64,000 bases of DNA, taken from contig CM119266.1 in the NCBI GenBank assembly GCA_051294375.1, forward strand, positions 25,778,161-25,842,160, given 5' to 3'. The DNA is from Paraspadella gotoi (Eukaryota > Animalia > Chaetognatha). The position numbers and the translations under genes are program-made. Every line of letters begins with the position of its first letter. Position 1 is the first letter of the stretch. Below, one piece after another: positions 57,955-64,000 of the stretch. The notes under the pieces were generated by a model. It was not told the origin of the DNA. It worked only from the letters and a program-made list of their open reading frames with translations, and ran no database searches.

Positions 57955-58501
57955 GAGTTTCCACCAGAGAATTGAGTAAGAGATAGTGGTCAGATGCGAG
58001 GACAGGTGAAAGTAAGGACAGGGAAGAAGAAAGTAGTTGAATTTGAGATTGGTGAAAGGAGAGAGAGAGGGAGAGAGAGAGAGAGAGGGACACAAATCAA
58101 TACATTTGGCAATGTACAACAGTGAAAGAATTTAGAAAAACTAATTATATAACAAGAAATTAAATAAATTAAATTAACAGCTGATGAATTTTTGAGTAGG
58201 TTTATTTATTTATTTATCATCAAAAGAGAAAGATCAAATACAATGTATTAAAATTCAAATTAGGCTGTCAGTGTGGGCAACACCCTCACTGGTCACTATT
58301 TCTCTTTGTATAATATAATCCAATAACATTGAGTATAGCATGAAAGCTTATTTATATTGGTTGTACCAATTTCATAATCCAATCACAACGAATTTTATTA
58401 CATTTTCTTTTTCTTTTTACTTTTTCACCGTTACAAGTTACACACTTTTGAACAAACTCAACGTTGACACTTTTTCTATTTTTACCCTTCTTTTTATTTT
58501 G

Positions 58502-58563
<62 letters not shown>

Positions 58564-58706
58564 TTCTCGCTAAATGTCGTCAACTTTGATCATGGGCGTA
58601 ATCTCTCGAACGTTCTTCCTTATCACTTCTTTAAACTTCTTTACTTCCATAAATCATAACTATTTTTTCGTTATTGTACTTTTTACCTTTTAACCTTTAA
58701 CCTTTA

Positions 58707-59934
58707 ATAGCGGGAGCCGACCGAATTCAAATTTTAATGGGAACAGCATTAAAGTAATCCATTATTGGTATTAATTATTGTGTTAAAATATTTTTTTTTA
58801 AATGTTCCGAACCATGAGTAATTCGCTAATTAATATTATTATAATGCTATATAATGTCAAAAATTGTTTTTGGATATTTTAATTAATTAATTGATTCTGA
58901 TAGAGCTCAAAAAGTTAAGCAAAAAATATAATTAAAACTTTCTAAAATTTTGATGTTTTATTACTAAAAATTAGTAAAAACTGCTAAAATAATTGGATGA
59001 TGATGATAGCGGTAGCCGACCAAATTCAAATTTTAATGGGAACAGCATTAAACTAATCCATTATTGGTATTAATTATTGTGCTAAAATATTTTTTTGCAA
59101 AAATGTTCCAAACCATGAGTAATTCGCTAATTAATATTATTATATTGCTATATAATGTCAAAATTTTTTTTTATATATTAAGTTTTTTTAATTGATTCTG
59201 ATAGAGCTTAAAAAGTTAAGCAAAAAATATAATTACAACTTTTTAAAATTTTGATGTTTTATTACTAAAAATTAGTAAAAACTACTAAAATCATCGGATG
59301 ATGATGATGATGATTTTTTAAGGTTTTTCTCAATTTAAACCCACTTATCATCAAAATATTGAAAAAAGAATTATACTTTGTGTAGATAACTTTTCATAAG
59401 CTATTTGAATCTGCTTTTAAAAATAAAAAATTCCAAAAAAAATTTTTGACATATCCTATCTATAAATAAATATTAAAAAATTAATTACTAATGCTTCTTG
59501 CAATTTTAGAAAATTTTTCTCCATTGAAAGTTTTCTCAGAAATGTATGAAGTTTCATTTGGAAAGGTTCCCAAATCAAACTTCTGACCCACCCCATTGAC
59601 AAAGTTTGGCTCTAATGATGATGATGATAATGATTTTTAAAGATTTTTTCCAATTTTAACCAACTTATCATCAATATATTGAAAAAAGAATTATACTTTG
59701 TGTAGACAACTTTTCATAAGCTATCTGAATCTGCTTTTAAAAATATAAAATAAAATAAAAATTTTTGGACATTTCCTATCTATAAATAAATATTAAAAAA
59801 TTAATTACGAGTGCTTCTAGCCATTTAAAAAAAATTTGGTCCATTGAAAGTTTTCTCAGAAATTTATGAAGTTTCATTTGGGAAGGTTCCCAAATCAAAC
59901 TTCTGACCCACCCCATTGACAAAGTTTGGCTCTA
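58707..59934. mobile_element. TIR-less ~610-bp element nested inside a second copy of itself (inner copy 59006-59614)
   Basis: Arrangement A1-(GAT)n-A2-(GAT)n-B1-(GAT)n-B2. Both copies start ATAGCGG(G/T)AGCCGACC and end GTTTGGCTCTA; flanked by 6-bp direct repeats CCTTTA (outer) and ATGATG (inner). Confidence 0.75.
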
Positions 59935-59976
59935 CCTTTAACTTTTTAACCTTTAACCTTTACTTTTTTACCTCTT

Positions 59977-60847
59977 AACAAGTTTGAGCAAACAATGTCG
60001 AATCTGCCTACGATAATTAAGCGGTAATCAGCTAATCAGATGATAAATCCCGATAATTCTTTCAATTTGTGATCTTAACTGATCATAACAGATAGTACCA
60101 TTCCAATACATGTAAATCGCTTGCAACGGATTAAACTGAGCTGTCACTATGGTAGAAATAATTACAAATAAGGTACAAATAATTTTTTTAACTGTTATTA
60201 TTTTTTCAACTTGCATTATATTTTCCACTTGCATCATTTTTTTAACTTGCATAATTTTTTGAACTCGCATCATTTTTTTAACTTGCCTCATTTTTTTACT
60301 TTTCATTTTTTCAGTTTGCATCATTTTTTTCAACTTGCATAATTTTTTTAACTAAAATCATTTTTTCAGATAGCATAATTTTTTTAACTTGAGTAATTTT
60401 TTCAACTTGCATAATTTTTTCAGCTTTCATCATTTTTTTAAATTGCATCATTTTTTAACTTGCATCATTTTTTAACTTACATATTTTTTTTTCAAATTTA
60501 ATCATTTTTTCCACTTTAAAACATTTATGAGTAAGCATAAATAATGAAACTTCAAGTCAACTTGACTTTGGTTTTTTCCATGCGAATTTCCACTCGCACG
60601 ATTCCATCGAAACTTTATATCCAGCTTAATCACACATTTCCCTACCCACACACAAAATTTCATTCTAATCCATCCAGCCAATCACGTTTATCTTAAGGGG
60701 GAACGGACAGACGGACAGCCAGACGGACATCATTTTTTTTTTTGGCTTAATGATTTACCGACAAGCTTTTGGGGTGGGACCGACGAACCGACAAAGTGGA
60801 TTATAGTATTGAGTCGGAACCTGCTTATAAGCAGATGCGACTAAAAA
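59977..60847 (-). mobile_element. HINE/DINE-1-like element with internal ~18-bp tandem array
   Basis: Minus strand starts TTTTTAGTCGCATCTGC-TTATAA-GCAGGTTCCGACT (hairpin), has GTCC/GTCT repeats and distal subTIR GCAGATTCGAC, ends CTTGTT; (TTTTTTAACTTGCATCAT)n at ~60180-60520. Confidence 0.75.
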
Positions 60848-60969
60848 TCTAAAGGAATAAGAACATTTTTTGCGCCCAAGACATCCCAGAAATGACGAAA
60901 TACGACGAAATGTTTATTCCTTTTTAAATCGGCTAATTGTTTTTCCTTTCTCATTCATTGCGGGAAAAA

Positions 60970-63191
60970 ATGGAGAGCAATTTTATTCCAAATATTTTGG
61001 AAGATTTTTGGGGCAAAGATGGATCGTCGTCTATCACGGATGAAAGATTTAACGACGTCAAACAGATTCTTAAAAGTGTCATAGGTATATCGTTATGGAG
61101 ATAAACTTTTTCTTACATTCTTTTAAAATATTAGTAATTTGTGTTTAATTTCGTATTTTTAAAACAAAGAGACGAAGAATTGTGACGCGTTAAAGAAGCT
61201 GACGCCCATTCAGTTTTATTGCTTTGATTTAATGGTAGAAACCACGTGTGGCGATGAGCACAAGTAAGTAAGAATATTTCTATTTATTTTAATTCTCTCC
61301 AAATTTTAATTTTTAAGAATTTTTACAAGGGCTTATTTGCAAGCTTGCCAAGATATGTTTAGTCGTTCGTCAAATTTGAAAGAGTTACAAATGACTACCA
61401 GGGCTTTGTTAGTGCAACACGGCTATTCTGAAGAATCAACGGCCGAACTTGACCAATTGTTAGAGGCAACGGAAGGCAATCCGGAAAACTTGGATCAATT
61501 CAGTTTCGTCAGATGGGCAGTATTGAATGCTCGGGGACAAAATGTAAGAAAAAGTGAATTGTTTCGTTCATATGAGATAACTTTGAAAAAAAATAGACAA
61601 GAGTTTGAAAAAGTCAAATCTGAGATCGATTCATGGATGACCAAATTGATTGAAGACCACGAGACTATGTGGCAATTACATGAGAAAAGTTTTCATCAAA
61701 AATCTATTCCATTAATGTATCGAAATTGGGAACGGTTTATTTTTGAAATTGAAAAACGTTATGGTACACACGTATTTGTTGGTAAAGTTTACAAAAACTA
61801 CGCGGTTTCATTGGAAAACAAGGGCCAGGTACAGGACAGCTTACGCGCCTATGAAAAAGCGTACGAAAACGCTAAATATAACCAGGATGCGATACTTTCG
61901 GCCAACATTCTCACGTTTTGGGCCAGGAAGTTGTTGTATGAACTTCACCTCGAAGAAGCCCTGAATAAATTAGAGCTGGCCCAAATGCTAATATCCAAAG
62001 AAAGACACCGAGAGCTAAATGCCAAAATAAGCTTGGCCAAGGCCAGAGTACACTACGCGAGTTTCATGATAGAGGTCAAAAAATGCTATGAGTTTGGATT
62101 TTTTCCGGAGGATAAATTGAGTCGTGTTTTTGGAGAAGATATAATCAAGAACGTCGAAATGGATCCGCCCATGCAGCAACTCATACATGGTGACAATTTT
62201 ATAAGCGCCGGTAAAAAAACGCTGTCATTTGAAAAACAGTGATTAGTTCATTGATTTTAAAATTTAGTTGAGTAGAAAATATTAAAGTCAAAATTTATAT
62301 TGATCAGTTAAGATATGCCTTGACAATGAGTGGAGAAAGTTGGCTTGTAAAATCGGGTTTCATTTTCCAACTCACTTTTTTTAGATTCAATTTTTTTCTC
62401 TTACTTTCAGTAAGTTTTCTGAAGAAATTTTAAATAAAATAATATTAATATTATTATCTTCTGAAAGCCCTTTCAAATTTAAAGAGAATGACATAGTTAC
62501 AAATACTGTAGTATAAAATTTAACCGGCCCAGCTTTAATTTAATTAGGATACTCAAAAATAAAACATCTTTCCAAAAATTTAAGATTTTTATCAAATTGT
62601 GATTGGGTATCTTAATATATATTTTTTTCAGGCTCTTTCATGATACTTATATAAATAATAATATTTTATGTTATAATAATTTAAACAAGTCATATATTTT
62701 TAAAAAATATTTAAAATTTTAAATAATTCACTTTTGACTGTTATAATTGAACCAAGGCTGGGCAGCTTCATTTTTATGTTAGAGCTTTCGTAAGTATATC
62801 ATTCTCTTCATTTTTTAAGGGCTTTCTGAGGATATTAATATTGTTAATATCTTAATAAATACTTTGTTTAAAAAAGTGCTAAAAGTTGAAAAAAAAATTG
62901 AATTTAAAAACAGTGAGTTGGAAAATGAAACCCGATTTTACAAGCCAACTTTCTCCACTCATTGCCAAGGCATATATTCACTTATCAATATAAAATTTGA
63001 ACACATAAATTACTTTAATATTTTCTACTCGACTAATTTTTAAAATCAATGAAATAACCACTGGTTTGCCAATGAGAGCGTTTTTTTACCGGCGCTTGTA
63101 AAATTGTCACCATGTAAAAGCTAATTTCAAAAAAAATCCCTGCAAATTTGGAAAGGGTTGTCGAAATGATTCGTGCTTTAATTTGCATTAA
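60970..63191 (+). CDS. Orphan helical/TPR-like protein with C-terminal CX5CX4CX3H (Nab2/ZC3H14-type CCCH) zinc finger; last exon interrupted by a MITE
   Basis: Exons 60970-61084, 61170-61263 and 61318-62189 join in frame through short GT-AG introns (85 and 54 nt). TPR-like helices GKVYKNYAVSLENKGQVQDSLRAYEKAY and ANILTFWARKLLYELHLEEALNKLELAQ. After the MITE the frame resumes KANFKKNPCKFGKGCRNDSCFNLH* (63117-63191). Length is 383 aa if the MITE is spliced out; otherwise the frame stops at 62242. Confidence 0.75.
62186..63114. mobile_element. 929-bp fold-back MITE, TA target-site duplication (Tc1/mariner-type)
   Basis: TA|CATGGTGACAATTTTATAAGCGCCGGTAAAAAAACGCT ... AGCGTTTTTTTACCGGCGCTTGTAAAATTGTCACCATG|TA; the imperfect IR extends more than 300 bp inward; no ORF. 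Confidence 0.92.
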
Positions 63192-63260
63192 TTTATGTAA
63201 AAATTGAATATTTAGAAAGCAAAACTTTTGTAAAAGAATCATGTTTTTAATGTACTAGTT

Positions 63261-63493
63261 TTGAAAAGTAAATATTAATTTGACCTAACTCTTTTTTATA
63301 AAGGCGAGGTAAAGAGCAAGAAAATTGGTTATTCGGCGATAATACGTTCACTGTACTCTCTCTTCTTTTTCTCATACTTTCTTTCTCCACCTACGGTCAG
63401 CTCTTTTATTTCTTATTTTTCATTCAGAGCTAAGCAGTAAGCATTTCTTGTGGCATTTATCTATAATCATGTGCAACTAATTTTTAAATGAGC

Positions 63494-63530
<37 letters not shown>

Positions 63531-63625
63531 TACAGTGAACGTATTATCGCCGAATAACCATTTTTCTTGCTCTTTACCTCCCCTTTATAAAAAAGAGTTA
63601 GGTCAAATTAATATTTACTTTTCAA
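63261..63625. repeat. ~100-bp inverted repeat around a (CT)n-core-(GA)n spacer
   Basis: 63261-63363 is the reverse complement of ~63522-63625; the core is repeated at ~63790-63925 inside a second, different IR (63706-63760 vs 63960-64000). Confidence 0.8.
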
Positions 63626-63745
63626 CAGTCGAAAAGATGGAGTTATTCGTATTCCCTGAAGCTGAAGGAAAGAATGTTTCTGAAAACTAAGAAACAATGG
63701 ATAAAATCGCCATTACACTATCCTTATATTATTAATTATCTTTTT

Positions 63746-63792
<47 letters not shown>

Positions 63793-63921
63793 CTTCTTTT
63801 TATCAAACTTTTCTTTCTCCACTATGGTCAGTTCTTTTGTTTCTTATTTTTTCATTCGGAAGCTAAGCAGTAAGCATTCTTGTTTCATTTAAATCTATAT
63901 CATGTGCAACTGATTTTAACT

Positions 63922-63956
<35 letters not shown>

Positions 63957-64000
63957 CGAGAGAGAGACATTCAAGATTTAAGGATAGTTTAATGGCGATT

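Noticed and set aside
60028-60333. 101-aa ORF with QVKKMM repeats
   Set aside because: Translation of the 18-bp tandem array inside a HINE-like element.

Overview
Eukaryotic (invertebrate animal, probably spiralian/lophotrochozoan) genomic DNA, AT-rich and full of (GA/CT)n, (GAC/GTC)n and (GAT)n microsatellites. Almost all ORFs in the track are spurious microsatellite or N-gap translations. Two spliced protein genes can be built by hand: a 4-exon innexin (49385-52209, +, 583 aa) and an orphan TPR-like gene (60970-63191, +). The TPR-like gene's last exon is split by a 929-bp TA-flanked fold-back MITE that can in principle be spliced out in frame, restoring a C-terminal CCCH zinc finger (introner-like). 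A frameshifted ADAMTS-type TSP1 exon candidate lies at 8351-8502. About 26 kb (20.5-46.6 kb) forms two giant palindromes whose left arms start at 25-N gaps; these are most likely long-read fold-back or gap-filling artefacts. Also present: several Helentron/DINE-like non-autonomous elements, a TIR-less element nested in a copy of itself with apparent 6-bp TSDs in microsatellites, minimal Penelope-type hammerhead motifs and a tRNA-derived SINE head.
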